From assembly GCF_056712565.1 (NCBI RefSeq), contig NZ_CM160072.1: DNA of 64,000 nt; one strand, 5' to 3'. The position numbers and the translations under genes were made by a program. Positions within the stretch are counted from its first letter, which is position 1. Each line of letters opens with the position of its first letter. Below are positions 1 through 11,856 of this stretch, in pieces. Under the pieces are notes generated by a model. That model was not told the DNA's origin. It ran no database searches and was given only the letters and a program-made list of their open reading frames with translations.

Positions 1-1551
1 AACGCCGAACGCTACGAAAAAGGGGTGGCGAAAATTCTCCACCGTAGCCTGCGCTGGATTGTGATTTATGTCCTGCTGCTTGGCGGCATGGTGTTCCTGT
101 TCCTGCGTTTGCCGACGTCGTTCTTACCGCTGGAAGACCGTGGCATGTTTACTACTTCGGTACAGTTGCCCAGCGGTTCAACCCAGCAACAGACCCTGAA
201 AGTCGTTGAGCAAATCGAGAAATATTACTTCACCCATGAAAAAGACAACATCATGTCGGTGTTTGCCACCGTGGGTTCTGGCCCTGGGGGTAACGGGCAA
301 AACGTGGCGCGAATGTTTATCCGCCTGAAAGACTGGAGCGAACGCGACAGTAAGACCGGCACCTCGTTTGCCATTATCGAGCGTGCAACGAAGGCGTTTA
401 ACAAGATTAAAGAAGCTCGCGTTATCGCCAGCAGCCCGCCAGCAATTAGCGGTCTTGGTAGTTCTGCGGGTTTTGATATGGAGTTGCAGGACCACGCTGG
501 AGCGGGTCACGATGCGCTGATGGCAGCACGAAACCAGTTGCTGGCGCTGGCAGCGGAAAACCCGGAGCTAACCCGTGTGCGCCATAACGGCCTCGACGAC
601 AGTCCGCAGTTGCAGATTGATATCGACCAGCGTAAAGCTCAGGCGCTGGGCGTTGCTATCGACGATATTAACGACACACTGCAAACCGCCTGGGGTTCGA
701 GCTATGTGAATGACTTTATGGATCGCGGTCGCGTGAAGAAAGTCTATGTGCAGGCAGCTGCGCCGTATCGCATGCTGCCAGATGACATCAATCTCTGGTA
801 TGTCCGAAATAAAGATGGCGGCATGGTGCCCTTCTCTGCTTTCGCGACCTCACGCTGGGAGACAGGCTCGCCGCGTCTGGAACGCTATAACGGTTATTCT
901 GCGGTTGAGATTGTTGGGGAAGCCGCACCGGGGGTCAGTACCGGTACGGCGATGGATATTATGGAATCGTTAGTGAAGCAGCTGCCAAACGGCTTTGGTC
1001 TGGAGTGGACGGCGATGTCGTATCAGGAGCGGCTTTCCGGCGCGCAGGCTCCGGCGCTGTACGCCATTTCCTTGCTGGTGGTATTCCTGTGTCTGGCGGC
1101 ATTGTATGAAAGCTGGTCGGTGCCGTTCTCGGTAATGCTGGTCGTGCCACTGGGGGTTATCGGCGCGCTGCTGGCAACCTGGATGCGCGGGCTGGAAAAC
1201 GATGTTTACTTCCAGGTGGGCCTGTTAACGGTCATTGGTTTATCGGCGAAAAACGCCATCCTGATCGTCGAATTTGCTAACGAGATGAACCAAAAAGGCC
1301 ACGACCTGTTTGAAGCGACGCTCCACGCCTGCCGTCAGCGTTTACGCCCGATTCTGATGACCTCGCTGGCATTTATCTTCGGCGTATTGCCAATGGCAAC
1401 CAGCACAGGTGCCGGTTCCGGTGGTCAGCATGCGGTGGGTACTGGCGTAATGGGCGGGATGATTTCGGCCACTATTCTGGCTATTTACTTCGTGCCGCTG
1501 TTCTTTGTGCTGGTGCGCCGCCGCTTCCCGCTGAAGCCGCGCCCGGAATAA
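1..1551 (+). CDS. acrD: RND aminoglycoside/multidrug efflux pump AcrD, C-terminal part (5' end outside window)
   Basis: Frame open from window start to stop at 1549-1551; TM-rich RND C-terminus; K-12 neighbourhood acrD-ypfM-yffB-dapE. Confidence 0.85.
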   Translation, partial: NAERYEKGVAKILHRSLRWIVIYVLLLGGMVFLFLRLPTSFLPLEDRGMFTTSVQLPSGSTQQQTLKVVEQIEKYYFTHEKDNIMSVFATVGSGPGGNGQNVARMFIRLKDWSERDSKTGTSFAIIERATKAFNKIKEARVIASSPPAISGLGSSAGFDMELQDHAGAGHDALMAARNQLLALAAENPELTRVRHNGLDDSPQLQIDIDQRKAQALGVAIDDINDTLQTAWGSSYVNDFMDRGRVKKVYVQAAAPYRMLPDDINLWYVRNKDGGMVPFSAFATSRWETGSPRLERYNGYSAVEIVGEAAPGVSTGTAMDIMESLVKQLPNGFGLEWTAMSYQERLSGAQAPALYAISLLVVFLCLAALYESWSVPFSVMLVVPLGVIGALLATWMRGLENDVYFQVGLLTVIGLSAKNAILIVEFANEMNQKGHDLFEATLHACRQRLRPILMTSLAFIFGVLPMATSTGAGSGGQHAVGTGVMGGMISATILAIYFVPLFFVLVRRRFPLKPRPE

Positions 1552-1562
1552 GCAATAAAAAA

Positions 1563-1590
1563 GGCGACATGCCAATGTGTCGCCCTTTTC
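1563..1590 (+). terminator. Rho-independent terminator after acrD
   Basis: Hairpin GGCGACA...TGTCGCC followed by CTTTTC just after the stop. Confidence 0.5.
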
Positions 1591-1649
1591 AACTTTCCGA
1601 TTAAGAACCTGCTCAGCGGGTTCTTGCTGTTTGTACTTTGTCTCAGGAA

Positions 1650-1709
1650 TTACTTACGAAGCATAACTTCGATAAAGTCTTTCCAGTTCCCCAGTTCACG
1701 TTCAATCAT
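1650..1709 (-). CDS. ypfM: Small protein YpfM (19 aa, MIERELGNWKDFIEVMLRK)
   Basis: ATG at 1709-1707, stop at 1652-1650, RBS GAGAGG upstream; absent from ORF track (below 60 aa). Confidence 0.6.
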   Translation of the reverse strand: MIERELGNWKDFIEVMLRK

Positions 1710-2071
1710 AACAACCTCTCTTATAATTATGGGTATTCTACGGAAACAATATACCGTGGTGAAGCTAATTTACTCGATTGCTGCGATGACTACCTCCGGG
1801 GGACAAACCTTATGTAAATACTATGGTCCTGCGGTGATGATTTGTATGTGATACACCGCAACATTTCGAGATATTCATACGGCATCTAATACTGATTTAA
1901 TTCTGGTTAAAATACAGACAGATAACAAGATGAATATTCTTAATGTTTACGTTAAAAATGTTTAATGTTATTTAATAGTTGTTAATTTGAATACTTCGAT
2001 AATGTTATATTTCCTGATAATCATTTGCAGGCAAAATGTTTTCACCTTTAAATGAGTATTTATTCTCATAA

Positions 2072-2446
<375 letters not shown>

Positions 2447-2449
2447 TCT

Positions 2450-3577
2450 ATGTCGTGCCCGGTTATTGAGCTGACACAACAGCTTATTCGCCGCCCTTCC
2501 CTGAGTCCTGATGACGCAGGATGCCAGGCTTTGTTGATTGAACGTTTGCAGGCGATCGGTTTTACCGTTGAACGCATGGACTTTGCCGATACGCAGAATT
2601 TTTGGGCATGGCGTGGGCAGGGTGAAACGTTAGCCTTTGCCGGGCATACCGACGTGGTGCCGCCTGGCGACGCCGACCGTTGGATCAATCCGCCGTTTGA
2701 ACCAACCATTCGTGACGGCATGTTATTCGGGCGCGGTGCGGCAGATATGAAAGGCTCGCTGGCGGCGATGGTGGTAGCTGCAGAACGTTTTGTCGCACAA
2801 CATCCCAACCATACGGGGCGACTGGCATTTCTGATCACCTCTGATGAAGAAGCCAGTGCACACAATGGTACGGTAAAAGTCGTCGAAGCGTTAATGGCAC
2901 GTAATGAGCGTCTCGATTACTGCCTGGTTGGCGAACCGTCGAGTATCGAAGTGGTAGGTGATGTGGTGAAAAATGGTCGTCGCGGATCGTTAACCTGCAA
3001 CCTTACCATTCATGGCGTTCAGGGGCATGTTGCCTACCCACATCTGGCTGACAATCCGGTACATCGCGCAGCACCTTTCATTAATGAATTAGTGGCTATT
3101 GAGTGGGATCAGGGTAATGAATTCTTCCCGGCGACCAGTATGCAGATTGCCAATATTCAGGCGGGAACGGGCAGTAACAACGTTATTCCAGGTGAACTGT
3201 TTGTGCAGTTTAACTTCCGCTTTAGCACCGAACTGACGGATGAGATGATCAAAGCGCAGGTGCTTGCCCTGCTTGAAAAACATCAACTGCGCTATACGGT
3301 GGATTGGTGGCTTTCCGGGCAGCCATTTTTGACCGCGCGCGGTAAACTGGTGGATGCGGTCGTTAACGCGGTTGAGCACTATAATGAAATTAAACCGCAG
3401 CTACTGACCACAGGCGGAACGTCCGACGGGCGCTTTATTGCCCGCATGGGGGCGCAGGTGGTGGAACTCGGGCCGGTCAATGCCACGATTCATAAAATTA
3501 ATGAATGTGTGAACGCTGCCGACCTGCAGCTACTTGCCCGTATGTATCAACGTATCATGGAACAGCTCGTCGCCTGA
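2450..3577 (+). CDS. dapE: Succinyl-diaminopimelate desuccinylase
   Basis: 375-aa ORF, M20 peptidase family motifs, synteny. Confidence 0.95.
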
Positions 3578-3604
3578 TGAGTGGTTCTGCAAGAGGAAAT
3601 AAGC

Positions 3605-3805
3605 ATGGACTGGCTGGCTAAATATTGGTGGATTCTGGTGATTGTCTTTTTGGTAGGCGTCCTGCTGAACGTGATTAAAGATCTCAAGCGCGTCGACCAT
3701 AAGAAATTTCTCGCCAACAAGCCGGAGCTTCCCCCGCATCGTGATTTCAACGATAAGTGGGACGATGACGACGACTGGCCGAAAAAGGATCAACCGAAGA
3801 AGTAA
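3605..3805 (+). CDS. ypfN: Small membrane protein YpfN (66 aa)
   Basis: ATG 3605 with RBS AGAGGA; TM helix then acidic tail; ORF track start 3581 is an upstream extension. Confidence 0.75.
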
Positions 3806-3813
3806 GCTAAGTG

Positions 3814-3872
3814 GCCGGATAAGGCGTTAACGCCCCGGCCATGATGCCTGATACAGTCTTATCAGGCCTACC
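3814..3872. repeat. REP (repetitive extragenic palindrome) elements
   Basis: GCCGGATAAGGCG... and GCCTGATA...TATCAGGCCTAC palindromic units between ypfN and ypfH. Confidence 0.5.
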
Positions 3873-3881
3873 CGGCTATTA

Positions 3882-4580
3882 TTACATCATTTCAATCACA
3901 TCATCATCGCCAGGCTTACCGCCACTTAGCGCTTCGTCGAAATAATGTTTCGGAATGGTATAACGCAAGTGATCCAGGGCTAATTGCATACTGCGATTGT
4001 CGATCGCATGGCCTAAATCCTCCACGATATCCAGCGTCACATCGCCACCGGCACTGATTAACGCTTCCTGCGCCGCAACCGCATGCGCCAGATCGATAAC
4101 CGGATCTTCACCGCCATGAATCAAGTGAATTGTTGTGGCTGTAGACGCGGTTTCCGGCAGGCTCGCGTAGCGTCCGTTGAAGGCAATGACGCGCGAAGCA
4201 AGGCCCGGTTCGGCTTTAATGCTCTCCAGCGCCATAATCGCGCCTTGTGAGAAACCGATTAGCGCCGTGGCATTAGCCCCTACTCCGCTTTGTTTCTGCC
4301 AGTAGCGCACCGTCTCAATAAACGTCGGCATGATGGCATTCACACGCGCCTGGCGATTATCTTCCGTAATACCCTGCACCGAAAACCACTGACGCCCCGC
4401 CGGATTACCGCTCGGCTCCGCGCCACCGACACTCACCACCAGCGCATCAGGAAACAGCGGCGCAAACCAGCTACCTATTTCCCCCATTGCCACCGGGTTA
4501 TCCCCGACACCGTGGAAAAGCAGTAACAACTGTTGTGCTGGTTTATCCGGGCTTTGAACAACAAAATGGTCATGTTTCAT
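3882..4580 (-). CDS. ypfH: Esterase YpfH (alpha/beta hydrolase)
   Basis: Start at ATG 4580 (MKHDHF...) with RBS AAGGAG 6 nt upstream; ORF track start 4604 is an extension. Confidence 0.85.
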   Translation of the reverse strand: MKHDHFVVQSPDKPAQQLLLLFHGVGDNPVAMGEIGSWFAPLFPDALVVSVGGAEPSGNPAGRQWFSVQGITEDNRQARVNAIMPTFIETVRYWQKQSGVGANATALIGFSQGAIMALESIKAEPGLASRVIAFNGRYASLPETASTATTIHLIHGGEDPVIDLAHAVAAQEALISAGGDVTLDIVEDLGHAIDNRSMQLALDHLRYTIPKHYFDEALSGGKPGDDDVIEMM

Positions 4581-4653
4581 GGCGAACTCCTTAACTGATG
4601 TCATTAATTTTACGCCGCTGACTCACAATGACCATGGGAGAAAATTGAAGGAG

Positions 4654-6669
4654 TCAGTGAAAAAATTGCCATTGCGTTATGCGATCGCGCAGACGCTCAG
4701 TGCGAACATCATCAAGTGCGAATAGCGCCTGCGCGGCCTCTTCCCGCTGGCGAACCAGTAACAGCTTACGGCCTGAAAGTTTAAGTGTGGTACATAACTG
4801 CGCGTCACTGGCGTTTTTCTGTAAACGCCCACGCAGCGCCGGTAATGCCAGTTCGCTGGTTTGTAGCAAACGCAATAAGCAACCTAACGATGTTAATAGC
4901 GGACGATGAGTGAAAGCAAAACCGGCCAGTTCAAGCCAGTCGTCGTCAGAAAGGACGGCATCGTTTAGTGGATCAACAGGAAGCATTTCGCCATTCCACT
5001 GCGCGAGAGCTTGCGCATCGCGACGTAAACGGTAATGCTCACGTTCAGCCAGTTGTTTACCCGCATCACTCATCGGTAACAGCGCCATCGCCGTATAGCA
5101 ACCGCTGCTGGCTTCACGATGATTACCCATTCGCACCAGCACAAAACCGCAGCGTTGCCAGAAACGCCATAACTCCTCGGTGTAACCAAAACTCACCGAA
5201 AGATAGTCGAGGTCATGAATATATTGCAAAGCACCAGCAATCAGTTGCTGACCTGTGCCTTCCCGCTGACGAGCCGGATGAACTGCTATTCGGCTGACCC
5301 GCCTTCCGCGCAATGTCGCCGCCAGTGGATTGCTGCCGTGCGCCGCCAGCGACTGGGCCACCAGATTACCCCGCGGGCGACGAAAACCTGCCCATACCGC
5401 CTGACTGAGTTCTTGAGATAATCCGCCCTCATCCACCAGCCACAGCGCCCCGGCAATCTCGTTTTCGCCAGCCGCCTGTAAAAAATGTTGACCTGGTGCA
5501 TCCATCATGCGGCGTAAATCCAGCGGCGAAGTCCGGTAGTGCGCACCAGACAATAATTGATAAACCTTTAACGGCGTTTCTGGCTCGCTTCGCCATAACG
5601 TCTGTTCAAATGCGGAAATAACGATATTGCCTTGTGGTGTATGGGTGAAGTTTTCATCGTCAAACACCAGTGCCTCACTAACCATTTTTTCCAGCGGGCA
5701 TCCCTGCGCCCAACGGATCGGCTGTTGTAGTTCAAAACGGTGTAAATGCGGAAAGCGAGCGCAAAATTTCAGCAAAAAACCACGTCCGGTGCCTTCGTAG
5801 CCCTGCACCGTAGTGGTTAACAACGTTCGAGGAAAACGCGATACCAGTTGATACAACAACGGCGCAGGTATAGCTGCGGCTTCATCGACCACCAGCCAGT
5901 CGGCTTGCTCATCGCTGGCTAACAAGGCATCCGGTGCAATAAAGCGAAACTTCTCACCCGCAAATTGTGCCAGTACATCCGTTGCCGCTTTTGCGGGCGC
6001 GGTGACAATCGCACTGCCCGCAATACGAGAAATGAGTTGCCCTGCCAACGCCGACTTACCGCGCCCACGCGCAGCAGTTACCGCTGCCACGCCCGGCGGC
6101 ATGGTCAGTAGCTGCTGTAAGAGTTGCTGTTGTTCTGGTTGTGGTGCGCCGGTAGCGGGGTGCCAGTCAGTACGGGGAGTAAAATGCGCCAACGAGAACG
6201 GCTGGTTTTGCCGCCAGAGGATAGCGTCGTTATTCGCCGTAAGTACGCGTTTGAAATGCTGGACAAAATGCGGCGTCGCAATAGGGTCAGGGCAATCACT
6301 CCAGCGCAGCGAGTCGGCATCAGGTTGGTTTTCCCACTCATCCCATACAGGGAGTAACAACACCAGCCAGCTTCCCGCTTTCAACGTTCCGCTAAGTGCC
6401 GCAAAGGCAGCGGCATCAAAGCCTTGGCGGGCGTCGAATACCGCATGCCGGAACTCGCGCCCAAGTAAAGTTTGTAGTGCCGAGGGAGAACAGTGGTTTT
6501 CAGCATCTGGCTGCGGCGAAATCCACAGCCAGTCGCCAGGTAAGGCATCACGCAACTTAAGCGCATGATCAAAACACCAACGCTCTTCCCCGCTCAACAC
6601 CAGCAAGCGGCGGATCCCTTCACGTTTCATTTGCGCTGTTAATGTGTGAAGCGCAGTCAGTTCAGCCAT
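4654..6669 (-). CDS. tmcA: tRNA(Met) cytidine acetyltransferase TmcA
   Basis: 671-aa ORF, helicase-like ATPase plus GNAT domain, synteny. Confidence 0.9.
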   Translation of the reverse strand: MAELTALHTLTAQMKREGIRRLLVLSGEERWCFDHALKLRDALPGDWLWISPQPDAENHCSPSALQTLLGREFRHAVFDARQGFDAAAFAALSGTLKAGSWLVLLLPVWDEWENQPDADSLRWSDCPDPIATPHFVQHFKRVLTANNDAILWRQNQPFSLAHFTPRTDWHPATGAPQPEQQQLLQQLLTMPPGVAAVTAARGRGKSALAGQLISRIAGSAIVTAPAKAATDVLAQFAGEKFRFIAPDALLASDEQADWLVVDEAAAIPAPLLYQLVSRFPRTLLTTTVQGYEGTGRGFLLKFCARFPHLHRFELQQPIRWAQGCPLEKMVSEALVFDDENFTHTPQGNIVISAFEQTLWRSEPETPLKVYQLLSGAHYRTSPLDLRRMMDAPGQHFLQAAGENEIAGALWLVDEGGLSQELSQAVWAGFRRPRGNLVAQSLAAHGSNPLAATLRGRRVSRIAVHPARQREGTGQQLIAGALQYIHDLDYLSVSFGYTEELWRFWQRCGFVLVRMGNHREASSGCYTAMALLPMSDAGKQLAEREHYRLRRDAQALAQWNGEMLPVDPLNDAVLSDDDWLELAGFAFTHRPLLTSLGCLLRLLQTSELALPALRGRLQKNASDAQLCTTLKLSGRKLLLVRQREEAAQALFALDDVRTERLRDRITQWQFFH

Positions 6670-6683
6670 CCCTGCCCCGGAAG

Positions 6684-7547
6684 TTAAATGCTTTTACCAA
6701 AAGTATTGCATTGTGCCGGATCGCCGCTGTCGAAACCACGTTTAAACCAGCTGTAGCGTTGCTGAGAAGTGCCATGAGTGAAACTGTCTGGTACTACTCG
6801 CCCCTGACTTTGCTGTTGTAAACGGTCATCGCCGATGGCCTGCGCCGCGTTTAGCGCCTCTTCCAGATCGCCGGTTTCCAGAACACCTTGCTGCTGCATA
6901 CTATGCCCCCAGACACCGGCAAAACAGTCGGCCTGGAGTTCCATACGCACAGATAAGCGGTTTACTTCCGCCTGCGTCGCGTTTTGTTGCAGTTGACGAA
7001 CTTTCGGCTCGATGCCTAACAGTTTCTGCACATGATGACCGACTTCATGAGCGATAACGTACCCCTGGGCAAAATCGCCATCCGCGCCAAGTTTGTCTTT
7101 CATGTCATCATAGAAGGAGAGATCGATATAAACTGTGCCATCCGCCGGGCAATAGAATGGCCCCATTATGGACTGGCCCGCCCCGCAGCCGGTACGCGTC
7201 ATTCCACGGTACATGACCAGCTTCGGTTGCTGATAGGTTTTACCCATCTTCTCGAATTGCTGTCCCCAGGTGTCTTCCGTGGTTGCCAGAATCACCGAGG
7301 TGAATTTTGCGGCTTCGTCTTCATTAGGGCTAATTGACCGCGTTGATTGCTGTTGGGAAACCGGCTGTCCGGTCATCAACCCGGTTAAATCAACGCCATA
7401 GTAGCCTGCAACCAGCACGACTATCAGTAAAATCAGCCCGCCTTTACCGCTTGGCAGGCGAAAACCGGGACCGCCCATAGACGGACCACCAGAGCTGTTG
7501 CGCCTGTCTTCAACATTGTCACTTTCACGTCGCCCTTGCCAACGCAT
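6684..7547 (-). CDS. ypfJ: Zinc metalloprotease-like protein YpfJ
   Basis: 287-aa ORF with HExxH (HEVGHH) motif, synteny. Confidence 0.85.
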
Positions 7548-7714
7548 AGATACCTCAACATTATATTCATTATAGAAATGATCGTAGGTGGTTCAGAGGA
7601 AGATTACCACAGGAAAGCGGGATGAAATGGCGGAGGAATGAGCGTTCAATGCACATCTTATGAGAGCGGTTGTCTTGCCGTGCCAGCAGCACGGCAAGAT
7701 GATGAACAGAAAAA

Positions 7715-8428
7715 TCAGTCCAGCTGTACACCCAGGCGGCGGGCAACGGCTTCATAGGCTTCGATCAGGCCACCGAGGCTCTGTCGGAAACGGTCTTTGT
7801 CCATTTTCTCCAGCGTTTCTTTGTCCCACAGGCGGCTGCCGTCCGGGGAGAACTCATCGCCCAGTACCACTTCACCTTTGTACAGGCCAAACTCCAGCTT
7901 GAAGTCGACCAGAATGAGACCAGCATCATCGAACAGTTTTTTCAGCACGTCGTTCGCTTTGTAGGTCAGCTCTTTCATACGCGCCAGGTTCTCTTTGCTC
8001 ACCCAGCCAAAGGTTTCGCAGTAAGATTCGTTGACCATCGGATCGTGCATGGCGTCGTTTTTCAGGAACAGATCGAACAGTGGCGGGTTCAGCTCAATAC
8101 CTTCTTCGATTCCAAGACGTTTCACCAGAGAGCCAGCAGCACGGTTACGCACGACACACTCAACCGGCACCATATCCAGCTTTTTCACCAGACATTCGGT
8201 ATCGGAGAGCAGACGCTCCATTTGAGTCGGGATACCCGCTTCAGCCAGTTTGCTCATAATGAAGTAGTTGAACTTGTTGTTCACCATACCTTTGCGATCA
8301 AACTGCTCAATGCGCGCGCCATCCCCTGCTGACGTATCATTGCGGAATTCGAGCACCAACAGGTCCGGGTTTTCCGTGCTGTATACGGTTTTCGCTTTAC
8401 CACGATACAACTCAGCTTGCTTTTGCAT
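7715..8428 (-). CDS. purC: SAICAR synthetase
   Basis: 237 aa from ATG 8428 ([16 protein letters not shown]) with RBS AGGAG; track start 8437 is a GTG extension. Confidence 0.95.
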
Positions 8429-8482
8429 CTTTATCACTCCTGGGTGTGAATTAACGTTTTAAAATCTTTTGCTGTCTGGTGT

Positions 8483-8535
<53 letters not shown>

Positions 8536-8581
8536 AAACAAATTTCGTGCGAATTACCGCTAAAATCGCGTTTTTCTGCCG

Positions 8582-8597
8582 ACGCACACGTTTGCGT
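8582..8597. promoter_or_regulatory. Candidate PurR box in purC leader
   Basis: ACGCACACGTTTGCGT, near-palindromic match to PurR operator type aCGCAAACGTTTGCgt. Confidence 0.45.
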
Positions 8598-8640
8598 ATC
8601 ATATCAGAAAAAAGGGCCGGATGACTCCAGCCCTGTATTT

Positions 8641-9675
8641 TTACTTGCTAAACGCAGCCTGGAAGACAGCTACCAGCGCGTCGTTCTGACTCTGAGTCAG
8701 AGTATGACCTTTCGGATCGATGAACTGTAGGCTGCTGCGGTTATCTAAATCGCCAACCTGCAGTTTATAGTCACCGGATGCCAGACCTGGATCGCTCGCG
8801 CCCAGTTCGTGCCATTCGCTGTCAGACAGCGGCTTATAAGTTACGGCCATGTTGCCCTGCGAACGGGTGCTGTCAGTCACTTTCATGCCCACTTTTTCCA
8901 GCGCAGCTGGCAGACGTTGCCAAACCACATTGAACGGCCCGCGTACGACCAGCATTGGTAAACCGGTGTCATCAGCTGCACTTTGTACGTCCATAGTGGT
9001 GGAGGCACGATTTTGCGCAGCGTTCGCGGCGTCAGTGGCAGATTTATCCAGACCGGCGGAAATAACGTTCATCATCTCCGTGCTGTAACGCTGCATGGAC
9101 GCCGCGTCTGCAACCGGTTTGCCCGCCTGTTCCAGGTTCAGCAGTTTAACCGTAACCGCCTGCTGATAACCCTGCGGCTTAACAGAGATTTGATAACGAC
9201 CACGATACTGCTCGTCTTCATCCAGACGGTTCCATTGTACCCAATCGGTGGTCAGTGTCTGACCAGCATCATCACGTTGGGTGATGGTGTAGTTTTTCGC
9301 CTGCAGCACGCTAACCACCTGCGGCCACAGAGTATTGCCACGACCATTTTCCACCAGCAATGAAGCGGTATCGCCCGTGAACTGGGTACGCGCGCCAGAA
9401 ACCAGTGCCAGCGGCTGGGCTGGTGGACGAATGTCCAGCGCCTTACCGACGGCACCACTACCGTTGGTCACCGGGATTGCATAATCGCCGGAGGTCACCG
9501 GCAAGATCATTCCAGCCGGGGCATGAAGCTCCGCAAGCGGTGCCGCTTCCAGGTAGGCTTCATCACCACTGACCTGACGCTTATAGCGTGAGTCAGAACT
9601 ACAGGCAGCGAGTAATAAAACAAGCGAAACACCCGCAACCTTTGCCAGGCGCGACTTTTGAACAGAGTAAGCCAT
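8641..9675 (-). CDS. bamC: Outer membrane assembly lipoprotein BamC
   Basis: Lipobox LLAACSS after signal peptide; synteny dapA-bamC. Confidence 0.9.
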   Translation of the reverse strand: MAYSVQKSRLAKVAGVSLVLLLAACSSDSRYKRQVSGDEAYLEAAPLAELHAPAGMILPVTSGDYAIPVTNGSGAVGKALDIRPPAQPLALVSGARTQFTGDTASLLVENGRGNTLWPQVVSVLQAKNYTITQRDDAGQTLTTDWVQWNRLDEDEQYRGRYQISVKPQGYQQAVTVKLLNLEQAGKPVADAASMQRYSTEMMNVISAGLDKSATDAANAAQNRASTTMDVQSAADDTGLPMLVVRGPFNVVWQRLPAALEKVGMKVTDSTRSQGNMAVTYKPLSDSEWHELGASDPGLASGDYKLQVGDLDNRSSLQFIDPKGHTLTQSQNDALVAVFQAAFSK

Positions 9676-9691
9676 CAAATCTCCCTAAACT

Positions 9692-10570
9692 TTACAGCAA
9701 ACCGGCATGCTTAAGCGCCGCTCTGACCGTCTCACGACCACTGTCGGTGATTGGTGTCATTGGCAGGCGCAGCGTATCGGTCGCCACAAGACCCAGTTCC
9801 TTACATGCCCATTTCACCGGGATTGGATTGGGTTCGACAAATAGTTTGTTGTGTAATGGCATCAGACGCTGATTAATAACGCGTGCCTCGGCAAAATGCC
9901 CTTCTGCTGCCAGTTTGCACATCTGGGCCATATCACGCGCTGCGACGTTAGCCGTAACGGAAATAACCCCATGACCGCCTAATTGCATGAAGTCCAGCGC
10001 GCTCGCATCATCGCCGCTCAGCAGAACAAAATCATCTGAAACCAGCTCTTTGATCTGGTTTACACGCGTTAAGTTCCCTGTTGCCTCTTTGATTCCGATA
10101 ATATTTTTTACTTTCGCCAGACGGCCCACCGTTTCCGGGAGCAGATCGCAGCCAGTACGGGACGGCACATTATACAGAATTTGCGGCAGGTCAGTATGTT
10201 CAGCGATGGCTTTGAAATGCTGATACAAACCTTCTTGCGACGGACGATTGTAGTAAGGGGTTACCGTCAGGCAGCCGACGATACCGCTGTCATTGAAGCG
10301 CTGCGTCAGGCTAATGGCTTCCGCAGTAGCGTTAGCACCGGTCCCGGCAATCACCGGAATGCGCCCGTCAGCCAGCTCCAGCGTCATCATCACCACATCA
10401 GCATGTTCGTCATGATTTAAGGTAGCGGACTCGCCAGTGGTGCCAACAGAAACGATCGCCGAAGTACCGCTGGCGACATGATAATCAATCAGTTTTTTCA
10501 AGCTAGCCCGACAGACATTACCTTTTTCATCCATCGGAGTAACAATCGCGACAATACTTCCCGTGAACAT
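9692..10570 (-). CDS. dapA: 4-hydroxy-tetrahydrodipicolinate synthase
   Basis: 292 aa from ATG 10570 ([13 protein letters not shown]); track start 10588 is an extension. Confidence 0.95.
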   Translation of the reverse strand: MFTGSIVAIVTPMDEKGNVCRASLKKLIDYHVASGTSAIVSVGTTGESATLNHDEHADVVMMTLELADGRIPVIAGTGANATAEAISLTQRFNDSGIVGCLTVTPYYNRPSQEGLYQHFKAIAEHTDLPQILYNVPSRTGCDLLPETVGRLAKVKNIIGIKEATGNLTRVNQIKELVSDDFVLLSGDDASALDFMQLGGHGVISVTANVAARDMAQMCKLAAEGHFAEARVINQRLMPLHNKLFVEPNPIPVKWACKELGLVATDTLRLPMTPITDSGRETVRAALKHAGLL

Positions 10571-10715
10571 GGGCCATCCTCTGTGCAAACAAGTGTCTCA
10601 ATGGTACGTTTGGTATGGCATTAAAAGCAAGCAGACAGAACCGTTCTGATTGTTGTATGCATGTTTTTTTTATGCTTTCCTTAAGAACAACTCACCCCTT
10701 GAAGGAATAACCAGT

Positions 10716-11288
10716 TTGACACTGTCATCGCAACATTATCTGGTGATCACTGCGTTGGGTGCCGATCGCCCTGGAATAGTGAACACCATCACCCGTCATG
10801 TCAGTAGTTGCGGCTGTAATATTGAAGACAGTCGCCTGGCGATGCTGGGAGAAGAGTTCACGTTTATCATGCTGCTTTCCGGTTCATGGAATGCCATTAC
10901 TCTGATTGAATCAACGTTACCGTTGAAAGGTGCCGAGCTGGATCTTTTAATCGTGATGAAGCGCACGACGGCGCGTCCGCGTCCGCCAATGCCAGCATCT
11001 GTCTGGGTTCAGGTCGATGTGGCAGACTCCCCGCATTTAATTGAACGCTTCACAGCACTTTTCGACGCGCATCATATGAACATTGCGGAGCTGGTGTCGC
11101 GCACGCAACCTGCTGAAAATGAAAGGGCTGCGCAGTTGCATATTCAGATAACTGCCCACAGCCCCGCATCTGCGGACGCAGCAAATATTGAGCAAGCGTT
11201 CAAAGCCCTATGTACAGAACTCAATGCACAAGGCAGTATTAACGTCGTCAATTATTCCCAACATGATGAACAGGATGGAGTTAAGTAA
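10716..11288 (+). CDS. gcvR: Glycine cleavage system transcriptional repressor GcvR
   Basis: 190 aa, probable TTG start at 10716 (LTLSSQHYLV) preceded by GAAGGA; ACT-domain protein. Confidence 0.8.
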   Translation: MTLSSQHYLVITALGADRPGIVNTITRHVSSCGCNIEDSRLAMLGEEFTFIMLLSGSWNAITLIESTLPLKGAELDLLIVMKRTTARPRPPMPASVWVQVDVADSPHLIERFTALFDAHHMNIAELVSRTQPAENERAAQLHIQITAHSPASADAANIEQAFKALCTELNAQGSINVVNYSQHDEQDGVK

Positions 11289-11758
11289 TGAATCCACTGA
11301 AAGCCGGTGATATCGCACCGAAATTTAGCTTGCCGGATCAAGACGGAGAACAAGTTAATTTGACCGACTTCCAGGGACAGCGTGTTCTGGTTTATTTCTA
11401 CCCGAAAGCCATGACCCCCGGCTGTACCGTACAGGCCTGCGGCTTACGCGATAACATGGATGAGTTGAAAAAAGCGGGCGTTGATGTGCTGGGTATCAGC
11501 ACCGATAAACCCGAAAAACTCTCCCGTTTTGCGGAAAAAGAGCTGCTTAACTTTACGCTCCTGTCTGATGAGGACCACCAGGTGTGCGAACAATTCGGCG
11601 TCTGGGGTGAAAAGTCCTTCATGGGCAAAACCTACGATGGTATTCATCGCATCAGCTTCCTGATTGACGCTGATGGCAAAATCGAACATGTCTTTGACGA
11701 TTTCAAAACCAGCAATCACCACGACGTTGTGCTGAACTGGCTGAAAGAACACGCCTGA
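11288..11758 (+). CDS. bcp: Thiol peroxidase Bcp (peroxiredoxin)
   Basis: 156 aa, peroxiredoxin PxxxTxxC motif (TPGCT). Confidence 0.9.
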   Translation: MNPLKAGDIAPKFSLPDQDGEQVNLTDFQGQRVLVYFYPKAMTPGCTVQACGLRDNMDELKKAGVDVLGISTDKPEKLSRFAEKELLNFTLLSDEDHQVCEQFGVWGEKSFMGKTYDGIHRISFLIDADGKIEHVFDDFKTSNHHDVVLNWLKEHA

Positions 11759-11856
11759 TTACTTTGCTCCATTCCGTGCTGGCTGCGCTTGCGGCCAGCA
11801 CATCTCAAATCTTCTCACTGCCCTGCAACACTCGTTTAAAATTTTTTCGCTGAAGG

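Noticed and set aside
1624-1851. 75-aa plus-strand ORF in acrD-yffB spacer
   Set aside because: AT-rich promoter region; overlaps the ypfM micro-ORF on the other strand; no RBS.
6002-6568. 188-aa plus-strand ORF inside tmcA
   Set aside because: Antisense to a well-supported 671-aa gene; Cys/Ser-rich low-complexity translation.
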